A DNA stretch of 64,000 nt from Lachnospiraceae bacterium (GTDB taxonomy: Bacteria > Bacteroidota > Bacteroidia > Bacteroidales > Bacteroidaceae). Both the position numbers and the translations under genes were made by a program. Below the pieces are notes generated by a model that saw nothing but the letters and a program-made list of their open reading frames with translations, had not been told where the DNA came from and searched no databases. Below are positions 17,845-26,532 of the stretch, in pieces (positions within the stretch are counted from its first letter, which is position 1; every line of letters starts with the position of its first letter). The DNA is taken from the NCBI GenBank assembly GCA_963588155.1, contig CAVAGT010000002.1, forward strand, positions 8,091 through 72,090, read 5' to 3'.

Positions 17845-20046
17845 ATGATAAGAAGCAACTACGTGCGTAGGGGTTTGGGGACGCTATACATACTGACGAT
17901 TTCATCGTTGGCAGTGGCGCAGCATAGCACAGACTCCATTGAAAATGATTTTAAGAAAAGGTCACACGTTCAGGGTGACAGGTTTAGGAAAACCCAGCAA
18001 CTGGGCGAAGTGGTGGTTCGTGGCAACCAGGTGAAGCGTGTCAACTCGTCGGCTTTCAATGTGACAGCGGTGGACACACGACGCTTGCGCAACACCAACC
18101 TCGACTTGGCGCACGTCCTGGACCGTGTGTCGGGCGTAAAAGTGCGCGAGGACGGCGGACTGGGCTCCGGTGTGAGCATCAACCTCAACGGTTTCACGGG
18201 AAAGCACGTGAAGCTATTCATAGACGGTGTGCCGATGGACGGTGCCTCGCCCAGCTTTGGCATCAACAACATTCCCGCGAGTTTCGCCAACCGCATCGAG
18301 GTATATAAGGGTGTGGTGCCCGTGGATTTCGGTGGTGATGCCCTCGGCGGTGCCATCAACATCGTGACCGACCACTCGCCCCATACCTATGTGGATGCCA
18401 GCTACAGCTATGGCTCCTTCAACACCCATCGCAGCAACCTCTCGCTGGGATGGACCGGCAAGCAGGGACTGACCATTCGACTGAATGCCTACCAGAACTA
18501 CTCGGACAACGACTACAAGGTAAAGACGCAGTGGACCGACCTGCAGACCAATGCCGTGAGCGAGGAGGAGGGATGGTTCCGCCGCTTCCACGACCGTTAC
18601 CACAACGAGGCGGTGATCTTCCAGATTGGGGTGGTGGACAAGAAGTGGGCCGACAAGTTGATGCTCGGACTGAACTACACCCACGAATACGCACAGATAC
18701 AGAACGCCAACCTGATGAAAATCGTGTTTGGCGGAAAATACCGCACGGCGCAGGGCTTGGCTCCCTCGCTCCTTTACGAGAAGCGCAATCTTGGTGTCCC
18801 AGGTTTGAACTTCCGATTGTCGGCACGTTACGACATGGTGAAGACCAATAATGTGGACACGCTCAGCCGTACCTACAGTTGGACGGGGGAGTATAAGGCG
18901 AACGCCTATCAGGGCGAGGGAGTGCCTACGCTTGCGGAGTTTAAGGGCTACACCTTCGCGGGGGTGGCCAACCTGACTTATCACATCGGTGACCAGCACT
19001 TTTTCACGCTCAACGACACCTACACCCACTATCGCCGCCGCACTACCAACAGTGCCGCCAACAGTGTGCAGCAGACGGCTGCCACATTTATGCGTCGCGT
19101 CAACAGGAAGAACGTATTGGGATTGTCGTACAAGTTTATCCCCGATGACCATTGGAACCTCGTGGCTTTCCTGAAGTATTACGACTCACAGGTGCAAGGC
19201 CCCGTGAACGTGGCCTCCTCTGGCCGTGCCGACTATGAGGAGCAGAAGCGCGGCACAGATGCCTTGGGTTGGGGAGCGGCAGGCACCTATTTCCTTTTGC
19301 GGAAAGACCTGCAAGTGAAACTCTCGTATGAGCGCACCTATCGTCTGCCCACCGACCGCGAACTCTTCGGCGACGGCGACTATGAGGACGGCAACGCCAC
19401 CCTTCGCCCCGAGAAGAGCGACAACGTGAACCTGAACTTAGGTTATCAACACACTTTTGGCGAAGACCATACGCTGAGCCTCGACGCAGGGATCAACTAC
19501 CGCAACGTGCAGGATTACATCATCCGTACCATCGGGCAGAAAGGCGTGGCGGTGAGCACCAACCACGGCAAGATCTTAGGATTGGGCATCGACCTCGGCG
19601 CACATTATTATTATAAGGACGCGGCGAGCATCGGCGGCAACTATTCCGTGCAGAACACCCGCAACAAGGAACGCCTTAACTCCATCGGCGCGGAGTCGGT
19701 GACTTACAACGACCGTGTGCCCAACCTCCCGTATTCCTTCGGCGGCGCAGATGCCAGCTATACCTTCAAGCACGTGCTGGGCAAGGCAAACCGACTCACC
19801 ATAGGGTGGAACATGAGATATGTACACCGGTTCTTCCGCTCCTGGGCGAGCGAGGGAGCGAAGCTATATGTGCCCAACCAGTTGAGCCACGATGCCAACA
19901 TGGTGTATGCCATACACGGCGGACGGTACAACATCTCGGTGGAGGCCAACAACTTCACCGATGCCTTGCTCTACGACAACTACAGTCTGCAGAAGCCCGG
20001 CAGGAACTTCGCCGTCAAGTTCCGCTATGTATTCTACAAACGATAG
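17845..20046 (+). CDS. TonB-dependent receptor (non-SusC, siderophore/metal type; XusA-like)
   Basis: Signal peptide from ATG 17845; plug motif RIEVYKGVVPVDFGGDALGGAINIVT; LRPEKSDN; C-terminal LQKPGRNFAVKFRY. Confidence 0.9.
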   Translation: MIRSNYVRRGLGTLYILTISSLAVAQHSTDSIENDFKKRSHVQGDRFRKTQQLGEVVVRGNQVKRVNSSAFNVTAVDTRRLRNTNLDLAHVLDRVSGVKVREDGGLGSGVSINLNGFTGKHVKLFIDGVPMDGASPSFGINNIPASFANRIEVYKGVVPVDFGGDALGGAINIVTDHSPHTYVDASYSYGSFNTHRSNLSLGWTGKQGLTIRLNAYQNYSDNDYKVKTQWTDLQTNAVSEEEGWFRRFHDRYHNEAVIFQIGVVDKKWADKLMLGLNYTHEYAQIQNANLMKIVFGGKYRTAQGLAPSLLYEKRNLGVPGLNFRLSARYDMVKTNNVDTLSRTYSWTGEYKANAYQGEGVPTLAEFKGYTFAGVANLTYHIGDQHFFTLNDTYTHYRRRTTNSAANSVQQTAATFMRRVNRKNVLGLSYKFIPDDHWNLVAFLKYYDSQVQGPVNVASSGRADYEEQKRGTDALGWGAAGTYFLLRKDLQVKLSYERTYRLPTDRELFGDGDYEDGNATLRPEKSDNVNLNLGYQHTFGEDHTLSLDAGINYRNVQDYIIRTIGQKGVAVSTNHGKILGLGIDLGAHYYYKDAASIGGNYSVQNTRNKERLNSIGAESVTYNDRVPNLPYSFGGADASYTFKHVLGKANRLTIGWNMRYVHRFFRSWASEGAKLYVPNQLSHDANMVYAIHGGRYNISVEANNFTDALLYDNYSLQKPGRNFAVKFRYVFYKR

Positions 20047-20086
20047 AGGACACATTATAATTCATCTATAACTACACATTTCAAGA

Positions 20087-21412
20087 ATGGAAACTACTTT
20101 TTTATCACTGCCCCGAAAGGCAGCGACGGGGGTACTCTTATGCCTTTTCGCGGCAACCGTGGGGTTTACTGGCTGTAGCAGCAGCGATCCTGCTACCGAC
20201 GACACTTCGCAGAAGGACGACCCCGACAGTGGCGTGAAAAACGGCAAGGGCCCTTATTTCCTCGCCGTGAAAACCGACAACGGCACGGAGTATATCATGC
20301 AGACCAACAGTCTGACGGCCGGCGACCTCGACATCAAGAACAACATCATGGAGTTGCCGCAGACGGAATACACGTGGGTGTTCAGCGGTCATGACGCCAT
20401 CGGCATGGTCTATCAGCAGCAGTTCGCCGGCTTGGGCTATGGACTGCGCTGGACATCCGACGAGGCACAGTTCGCCAAGCTCGGCGAGTTCCGCATCGAC
20501 ACCCGTTTCTCCAACTACGGATTCTTCAACGGCCAGTTGCTTACGAGCGTGGGCGGTCAGGTGTCTGCCGATGGCACACGCAACGACGGAGCCACTTTTG
20601 GTTTCTGGAACGTGACCGCCGACGGCGTGAAGCTCGACCATACCAAGACCATCTGGACGGAGGACATCACGGGCAACGGTCAGCAGATCACCTTCTCCAG
20701 CATCATCGACAACGGCGACGGCACCTTCCTCACCGCCATGGTGCAGTCGGCTTTCCACCAGACAGGCACGGGCGACGGCTCCAGCGTGGGCGAGGTGAAA
20801 TATCCCGACAGCTGCTGGGTGGCGAAGATGGACAAGGATCTGAACGTGCTGCACGTATACCGCGACAATCGCATCAGTTATGCCGCCGGCCAGTATCGCT
20901 CGCAGGTGCTGCACGAGGTTCACAAGGCGGATGATGGCACCGTGTATGTCTTCTCCAACGCCTTCAACGCGGCAACGACCCTCAAGGCAGGAGCCTTGCG
21001 CATCAAGAAGGGAGCCTCGGAGTTTGACAAGGACTACTACTTCGACCTCCAGACCCCAGCCGGCGGCTATAAGTTCCGCCGCGTGTGGCACATGACGGGC
21101 AACAAGTTCCTGCTTGAAATCTACAACGAGAAGACCATCAATACCATGACCGCCGGCCATCAGTTTGCCCTCATCGACATGGAGAGCCAGACGTTCACTT
21201 GGCTCAGCGGCATCCCCACGAAAAACCTCATCACCTCAGGCTCGGAGACGGGCGGCGTGCCGATGTATGCCGACGGCACCATCTACCTGCCCCTCACCCA
21301 GTTTGGTCAGGATGCCAGCATCTATCTCGTGAATCCCAACACGGGCGTTGCCACCAAGGGCATCACCATCAAGGGAGCGACGGAAATAAGAACCATCGGT
21401 AAGCTCAATTAA
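20087..21412 (+). CDS. DUF4374 family surface lipoprotein (XusB-like), copy 1
   Basis: Lipobox FTGC followed by an acidic stretch; YPDSCWVA, DNRISYAAGQYRSQ and GALRIKKGASEFDKDYYFD motifs. Confidence 0.8.
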   Translation: METTFLSLPRKAATGVLLCLFAATVGFTGCSSSDPATDDTSQKDDPDSGVKNGKGPYFLAVKTDNGTEYIMQTNSLTAGDLDIKNNIMELPQTEYTWVFSGHDAIGMVYQQQFAGLGYGLRWTSDEAQFAKLGEFRIDTRFSNYGFFNGQLLTSVGGQVSADGTRNDGATFGFWNVTADGVKLDHTKTIWTEDITGNGQQITFSSIIDNGDGTFLTAMVQSAFHQTGTGDGSSVGEVKYPDSCWVAKMDKDLNVLHVYRDNRISYAAGQYRSQVLHEVHKADDGTVYVFSNAFNAATTLKAGALRIKKGASEFDKDYYFDLQTPAGGYKFRRVWHMTGNKFLLEIYNEKTINTMTAGHQFALIDMESQTFTWLSGIPTKNLITSGSETGGVPMYADGTIYLPLTQFGQDASIYLVNPNTGVATKGITIKGATEIRTIGKLN

Positions 21413-21478
21413 AGTAACAAGGAGTTTCTACGCTGATTTCAGAAAAGAATATTCATCAAAACAAATACAAGAGAAAAA

Positions 21479-22738
21479 ATGAAAAAGTTTATCTTTTCAG
21501 CCGCGCTCATGGCGCTCACGGCTTGCATGACCTTCACTTCATGCTCTAGTGATGACAACGAAGACAACGGTGGCGGTGCTACAACCATCGACCCCAAGGA
21601 AATGAGCTTCGTGGTGACATCTGGCGACCCTTCCAGCGACCTCACGGGCGGTGTGTACATGAAAGTGTATAGCGACCTCTCCACTGCCAAGACAGGGCAG
21701 AGCGTGTATGGCGCCAGCGATGCCGTGAGAAGCTACGACAGTTTCACCCAGGTGACCTACAACAAGACCAGCGGCATTTTCACCGGCTACATCTACGCCC
21801 GCGGTGCCTCGGAGCAAGGTCTCGGAAGCAAGAAGGCTGGGTTGCGCAGCTATAAGGTTGAGAACGGCAAGATGGTGGAGGCAGCCTCTCCCGTATTGGT
21901 GGACGCCTTCGGCAACACCGGCACCTTCGGCACCTTCTCGTATGCCGCACAGATCAGCAAGCCCTACGCCATGGTCATCGACCAGACGGGCGCGGGAAAC
22001 AACATCGCCGTGGGCTTGACACAGTATGCCATAGACGAGGTGAATCCCAACATCTCCAACATCGTGGACTTAGGCGACAACAAGGTGGCAATGGTCTTGA
22101 ACTACAGCAATCGCGACTCTGCCGTGGTAGCCATCTGCGACTATAGCCTCAACATCCAAAAGATGATCTACGACAACCGTATCGGCAAATCCGTGGGAGC
22201 CATGCGTTCCGTGCGCTACACCCAGAGCGGACTGGACGACAACGGCAACGTGTATGTGTTCTCCGGTTCCAGCGCCACCGACAGCAAGGTGGGTGCCCTG
22301 CGCATCAAGAAGGGCGAGACCGAGTTTGACAAGAGCTACAAGTTCGACATCCTCAGCAAGGCCGACGGCTACCGTTTCCGCAAGGCGTTCCACATCAGCG
22401 GCAGCAAGTTCCTCTTGGAGTTCTACACCGACAAGACGAAGTATGGCAACATGGATGCCTCCGGCAAGATGGCAGTGGTGGACATGGACGCACAGAGCCT
22501 GACATGGGTAACAGGCTTGCCCGATGCCTCTACCGTATCCTTCGGATGGGGTGACGGCTATGCCGGAGCTTACTATTTGCCAGTGGCTGCTCCCACGAGC
22601 ATGAGTGGCGGTTCGGGCAGTACAACATCCGTAACTCCCACCATCTACAAGATCGACGCCACCACTGGCGTGGCAACCGCATTCATGACCTTTGCCACAA
22701 GCGACTTGCTCAAGGCTGTGACCATTCTTAAGAAATAA
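21479..22738 (+). CDS. DUF4374 family surface lipoprotein (XusB-like), copy 2
   Basis: Lipobox FTSC plus SSDDNED; DNRIGKSVGAMRS and GALRIKKGETEFDKSYKFD align with copy 1. Confidence 0.75.
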   Translation: MKKFIFSAALMALTACMTFTSCSSDDNEDNGGGATTIDPKEMSFVVTSGDPSSDLTGGVYMKVYSDLSTAKTGQSVYGASDAVRSYDSFTQVTYNKTSGIFTGYIYARGASEQGLGSKKAGLRSYKVENGKMVEAASPVLVDAFGNTGTFGTFSYAAQISKPYAMVIDQTGAGNNIAVGLTQYAIDEVNPNISNIVDLGDNKVAMVLNYSNRDSAVVAICDYSLNIQKMIYDNRIGKSVGAMRSVRYTQSGLDDNGNVYVFSGSSATDSKVGALRIKKGETEFDKSYKFDILSKADGYRFRKAFHISGSKFLLEFYTDKTKYGNMDASGKMAVVDMDAQSLTWVTGLPDASTVSFGWGDGYAGAYYLPVAAPTSMSGGSGSTTSVTPTIYKIDATTGVATAFMTFATSDLLKAVTILKK

Positions 22739-22761
22739 TCATAATGTGTTCATTCAAGTTT

Positions 22762-23406
22762 ATGAGTAATCTCAGAACTTTGCTTGTGGCTGCCATGGCA
22801 GCCGCGAGCTTTGCTTCGGCAAATGCGCAAACCTCCCTGCCCGGAAAGATGGCAGAGGCGGTGAAAGGCGACGCACAGGCCGAGACCGTGTTGCAAAACA
22901 TCATGAGCCGCACGAGCGTTCGCAAGTTCAAGCAGCAACCCGTGGAGGATGCCAAGATAGAGGCTTTGCTCCGTGCTGGCATGGCTTCGCCCACGTCGGG
23001 CGACATGCAGCCCTGGCACTTCGTGGTGTTGAAGGACAAGAAAGACATCGAGCGATATGCGGCGTCCAACAAGTATCACGCCGAGGACATCAAGAAGACA
23101 CCGCTCTTCATCTTCGTCTGCGCCGACACCACGCGCATGACAGAGGGGCAGGGCAAGGAACTTTGGGTGCAGGATCTCTCAGCCGTCTCAGAAAACATCC
23201 TCCTTGCCGCCCACGCCATGGGCTTGGGCGCATGCTGGACAACCATCTATCCCATCCAGAAGAAGGTGAACGGCATTTCAAGGACGCTGAAGCTGCCCGG
23301 CAACCTTATTCCGCTCAACGGCATAATCATCGGTTATCCCGACGAGCCATTGCAGCCAAAGGACAAGTGGGACGAGAAAAAAATAACCTTTGGCATAGCC
23401 CAATAA
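22762..23406 (+). CDS. nitroreductase family flavoprotein with N-terminal signal peptide
   Basis: IMSRTSVRKF, ASPTSGDMQPWHFVV, ENILLAAHAMGLGACW, IGYP; N-terminus MSNLRTLLVAAMAAASFASANA-Q. Confidence 0.9.
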   Translation: MSNLRTLLVAAMAAASFASANAQTSLPGKMAEAVKGDAQAETVLQNIMSRTSVRKFKQQPVEDAKIEALLRAGMASPTSGDMQPWHFVVLKDKKDIERYAASNKYHAEDIKKTPLFIFVCADTTRMTEGQGKELWVQDLSAVSENILLAAHAMGLGACWTTIYPIQKKVNGISRTLKLPGNLIPLNGIIIGYPDEPLQPKDKWDEKKITFGIAQ

Positions 23407-23414
23407 GGTGGCTA

Positions 23415-23525
23415 TTTTAGGCGCGTCGGCTTTGCACTGAAAAGGCATCGGGATTCCAGTGCAAAGCCGACGGGATTCCAGTGCTATGCCGACGAGATTC
23501 CAGTGCTATGCCGACGCGCCTGAAA
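23415..23525. repeat. intergenic 4x22-bp palindromic tandem module, copy A
   Basis: Units start at 23427, 23449, 23471, 23493 (e.g. CGGGATTCCAGTGCAAAGCCGA); ends are inverted (TTTTAGGCGCGTCGGC/GCCGACGCGCCTGAAA). Confidence 0.85.
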
Positions 23526-23614
23526 TATAGTCTCCAAAATGTGCGGCTTTGTCTTATTCTTTGTCAAAATAAATGTCTACCTTTGCCCAAAATGCTGGAT
23601 TTTACAGAAAAGAC

Positions 23615-24847
23615 ATGACAACTGACAATTGCTCCACAATGGTCTTGCCCTGCGGCCTACGCGCCATCCACATGCCATCAAGTTCGCCCGTGGTCTACCT
23701 TGGCTACCAGATAGCGGCAGGCTCTCGCGACGAGCAAGAAAACGAGGAGGGACTCGCCCACTTCTGCGAGCACATGACCTTCAAGGGCACTGAGCGCAGA
23801 AGCGCACTGAACATACTCAACTGCCTTGAGGCGGTTGGCGGAAGCCTGAACGCATACACCACGAAAGAATGCACGGTGTTCTACGCCGCCGTGCCGGAAC
23901 GCTACACACGGCGCGCCGTGGAACTCTTGACCGACATAGTGTTCCACTCCACATATCCGCAGAAGGAGATAAACAAGGAGGTGGAGGTGATTTGCGACGA
24001 GATAGAGAGCTACAACGACTCCCCTGCCGACCTCATCTACGACGACTTAGAGAACATAGTGTTCAAAGGGCATGCCTTGGGCCACAACATCCTCGGCACC
24101 ACGGAGAGGGTTCGCTCGTTCACCACCGACGACGCGCTCAGGTTCACCAAGCGTCTTTACACTCCCGACAACGCCGTCTTCTTCATGTACGGCGGCAAGA
24201 ATATACCAAGCATCCCAATAGATTCGGACCTGCACGCCGAGCCTCGCTTGCAAAAAATGCCGATTTCATCGGCACTGACACTCAACGCCCACGGCGACAT
24301 CGTTCGCGACAAGGACACCCACCAAGCCCACGTGATGATTGGCAGCCCGTCGTATGGCGCGGGCGACGAAAAGACGCGCGATCGCATGAGCCTTTACCTG
24401 CTCAACAACATCATAGGCGGCAGGGGCATGAACTCAAGGCTCAACGTGGTGTTGCGAGAGCGACACGGACTTGTTTACACCGTGGAAAGCTCCATGATAA
24501 CCTATGGCGACACGGGGCTGTGGTGCGCTTATCTCGGGTGCGACAAGGACGACATTAAGCGCTGCCTACGCCTCGTGAGGCGCGAGCTCGACAAGTTTAT
24601 GAAAGCCCCCCTTTCGGAGCGCCGACTCAACGCCGCGAAGAAACAACTTAGGGGGCAGCTTACGATAGACTGCGACAACCGTGAGAACTTCGCGCTCGAC
24701 CTCGGCAGCGTGTACCTCTTCCGCAACAAGGCGCGCGACGTGGAGAAGACGTGCATGGAGATAGACGCCGTGACCGCCGAGGACATTCAGCGTGTGGCGC
24801 GCCACATTTTCGAGCCTGCAAAAATGACCACCCTTATATACAAATGA
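23615..24847 (+). CDS. M16 (pitrilysin) family zinc peptidase
   Basis: GLAHFCEHMTFKGT inverzincin HXXEH motif; SRLNVVLRERHGLVY. The -7 element TACCTTTG at 23578-23585 favours the ATG at 23615. Confidence 0.92.
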   Translation: MTTDNCSTMVLPCGLRAIHMPSSSPVVYLGYQIAAGSRDEQENEEGLAHFCEHMTFKGTERRSALNILNCLEAVGGSLNAYTTKECTVFYAAVPERYTRRAVELLTDIVFHSTYPQKEINKEVEVICDEIESYNDSPADLIYDDLENIVFKGHALGHNILGTTERVRSFTTDDALRFTKRLYTPDNAVFFMYGGKNIPSIPIDSDLHAEPRLQKMPISSALTLNAHGDIVRDKDTHQAHVMIGSPSYGAGDEKTRDRMSLYLLNNIIGGRGMNSRLNVVLRERHGLVYTVESSMITYGDTGLWCAYLGCDKDDIKRCLRLVRRELDKFMKAPLSERRLNAAKKQLRGQLTIDCDNRENFALDLGSVYLFRNKARDVEKTCMEIDAVTAEDIQRVARHIFEPAKMTTLIYK

Positions 24848-26115
24848 CCATGAGAATCACCGATGAAACCGCCGATTTCGTACGCCTCCACCGTCTTGAC
24901 GACGTGAGGACTCTCGCCTTGAAAGGCGGTGCCAAAGGCAACGTGGACATGGCGTTCGCCCTCAACCAAATACAGGGTTGGCAGACGGCAAGGCAGAAAC
25001 TGCCGTCGTGGGCGGCGGCAGACGGCATTGTGTATCCTCCGCATCTCAACATGGAGCAATGCTCAAGCGAGGCCACGGCAAGGTATAAAAGCGAGTGCCT
25101 GGCACAGTGCCACGACCTATCGCAAGCCACGCTCATAGACCTGACGGGCGGCTTCGGCGTCGACTTCTCCATAATGTCACAATCGTTTGCCAAGGCCATA
25201 TACGTGGAGCGCAACGCGCAGCTCGTGGAAGTGGCACGCCACAACTTCGACGTTCTCGGACTGAGCAACGTCACCGCCATCTGCGCCGACGGTACGGAGT
25301 TTCTAAGTTCGCTTCCACCGAAGACCGACGAAGAGCCGTTGACCGTGATCTATCTCGACCCGGCACGAAGAGACGGCAACGGCAAGAAGGTGTTTCGCAT
25401 AGAGGATTGCAGCCCCGACATCATAGGCATACGCGACACGCTGCTCAGCCGCGCCGACGTGGTAATGATAAAGTTCTCGCCGATGCTCGACTGGCACATG
25501 GCGCTCAGCCAGCTCGACCACGACGTGCCTGCGGTGTTGGGAGAAACAAGCCACGAGGTTCACATAGTATCCACCAAAAACGAGTGCAAGGAACTGTTGA
25601 TAGTAATAGCTCGGGCGCAAGGCGAGAAGGCGCCCACAAGGATAGTATGCTCTAACGACAGTCAACGGTTCCAGACATCAGCCTCACATTGCAAGCCGAC
25701 CCTTTGGCAGGGCGACACGGAAGATGCCAAGGGCATGAGCCTTCTCGTGCCAAACGCCTCGATAATGAAAGCCGGCGTGTTTGGCGAGCTGTCACGAGAA
25801 TATGGCATCGACATGCTCGACCACGACTCACATCTTTATATAAGCGACCATGACCTGCCTGAATTCCCGGGCAGGCGGTTCATGATAGACCGCGTGAGCA
25901 CGATGAACAAGAAAGACTTGAGAAAGGCATTGGAAGGCATAAGCCAAGCCAACGTGGCGGCGCGCAACTTCCCCTTGTCAGCCGACGCGCTGCGAAACAA
26001 ACTGCGGCTGAAAGACGGCGGCGACACCTATATTTTCGCCACGACAGTGGGCGCGAAGCACCTTGTATTCGTGTGTCATGCCACGCTGGCACAATGCCCC
26101 ACTGACAAGAATTGA
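24844..26115 (+). CDS. class I SAM-dependent methyltransferase with THUMP-like C-terminal domain
   Basis: EQCSSE, DLTGGFGVD SAM-binding motif, YLDPARR, RNFPLS...LKDGG; ATGA overlap with the peptidase stop. Confidence 0.85.
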   Translation: MTMRITDETADFVRLHRLDDVRTLALKGGAKGNVDMAFALNQIQGWQTARQKLPSWAAADGIVYPPHLNMEQCSSEATARYKSECLAQCHDLSQATLIDLTGGFGVDFSIMSQSFAKAIYVERNAQLVEVARHNFDVLGLSNVTAICADGTEFLSSLPPKTDEEPLTVIYLDPARRDGNGKKVFRIEDCSPDIIGIRDTLLSRADVVMIKFSPMLDWHMALSQLDHDVPAVLGETSHEVHIVSTKNECKELLIVIARAQGEKAPTRIVCSNDSQRFQTSASHCKPTLWQGDTEDAKGMSLLVPNASIMKAGVFGELSREYGIDMLDHDSHLYISDHDLPEFPGRRFMIDRVSTMNKKDLRKALEGISQANVAARNFPLSADALRNKLRLKDGGDTYIFATTVGAKHLVFVCHATLAQCPTDKN

Positions 26116-26181
26116 CCATCGTCAAGCCAGTTGACAGCCGTCAAGAAAGAACACATCTGAGCCATTTTTCCTTTGACATGC

Positions 26182-26212
26182 TTTGCCACAAACCGCAAAG
26201 GCATTACCTTTG
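26182..26212 (+). promoter_or_regulatory. sigma-A type promoter (TTTG-N19-TACCTTTG)
   Basis: TTTG 26182-26185 and TACCTTTG 26205-26212 at the canonical spacing; upstream of the small ORF. Confidence 0.75.
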
Positions 26213-26262
26213 CAGTGCAATTGCAGGATAACAAATAATAAATTCAGGAAAGGATAACAAAA

Positions 26263-26355
26263 ATGACAATTAGTACTTTTATCGCTACAACAGCATTGAT
26301 GTTCGGTCTTATCGCTTTCGTAGGCGTTCACACAGACAAGAGCGCAAGAGCCTAA
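26263..26355 (+). CDS. unannotated 30-aa hydrophobic small protein MTISTFIATTALMFGLIAFVGVHTDKSARA
   Basis: ATG preceded by A-rich AACAAAA, flanked by a promoter and a terminator; one TM-like stretch; below the ORF-track length cut-off. Confidence 0.65.
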   Translation: MTISTFIATTALMFGLIAFVGVHTDKSARA

Positions 26356-26409
26356 GACCATGAAATGAAGGAGGAAAAAGAATAAGAGTTAGCATAGAAA
26401 TTAGAATAT

Positions 26410-26452
26410 AAGAAAGCCGCAAGTGGAATTTTCCGCCTGCGGCTTTCTTGTT
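26410..26452 (+). terminator. intrinsic terminator after the small ORF
   Basis: AAGAAAGCCGCA...TGCGGCTTTCTT stem with T-rich tail. Confidence 0.75.
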
Positions 26453-26532
26453 GCGCATTGTCGGTTGCGCAATGTCGGTTTTTATTCTTATCTTTGCAGA
26501 AGATAAGAAACGACAACAGAGAAGAGAAGAAG

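Noticed and set aside
23427..23514. CRISPR array interpretation of the 22-bp repeats (also 41471-41558, 55313-55398)
   Set aside because: Units are directly tandem with no unique spacers, and there are no cas genes or leader.
26365..26385. Tiny ORF MKEEKE after the 30-aa peptide
   Set aside because: Six codons in purine-rich sequence; expected by chance.
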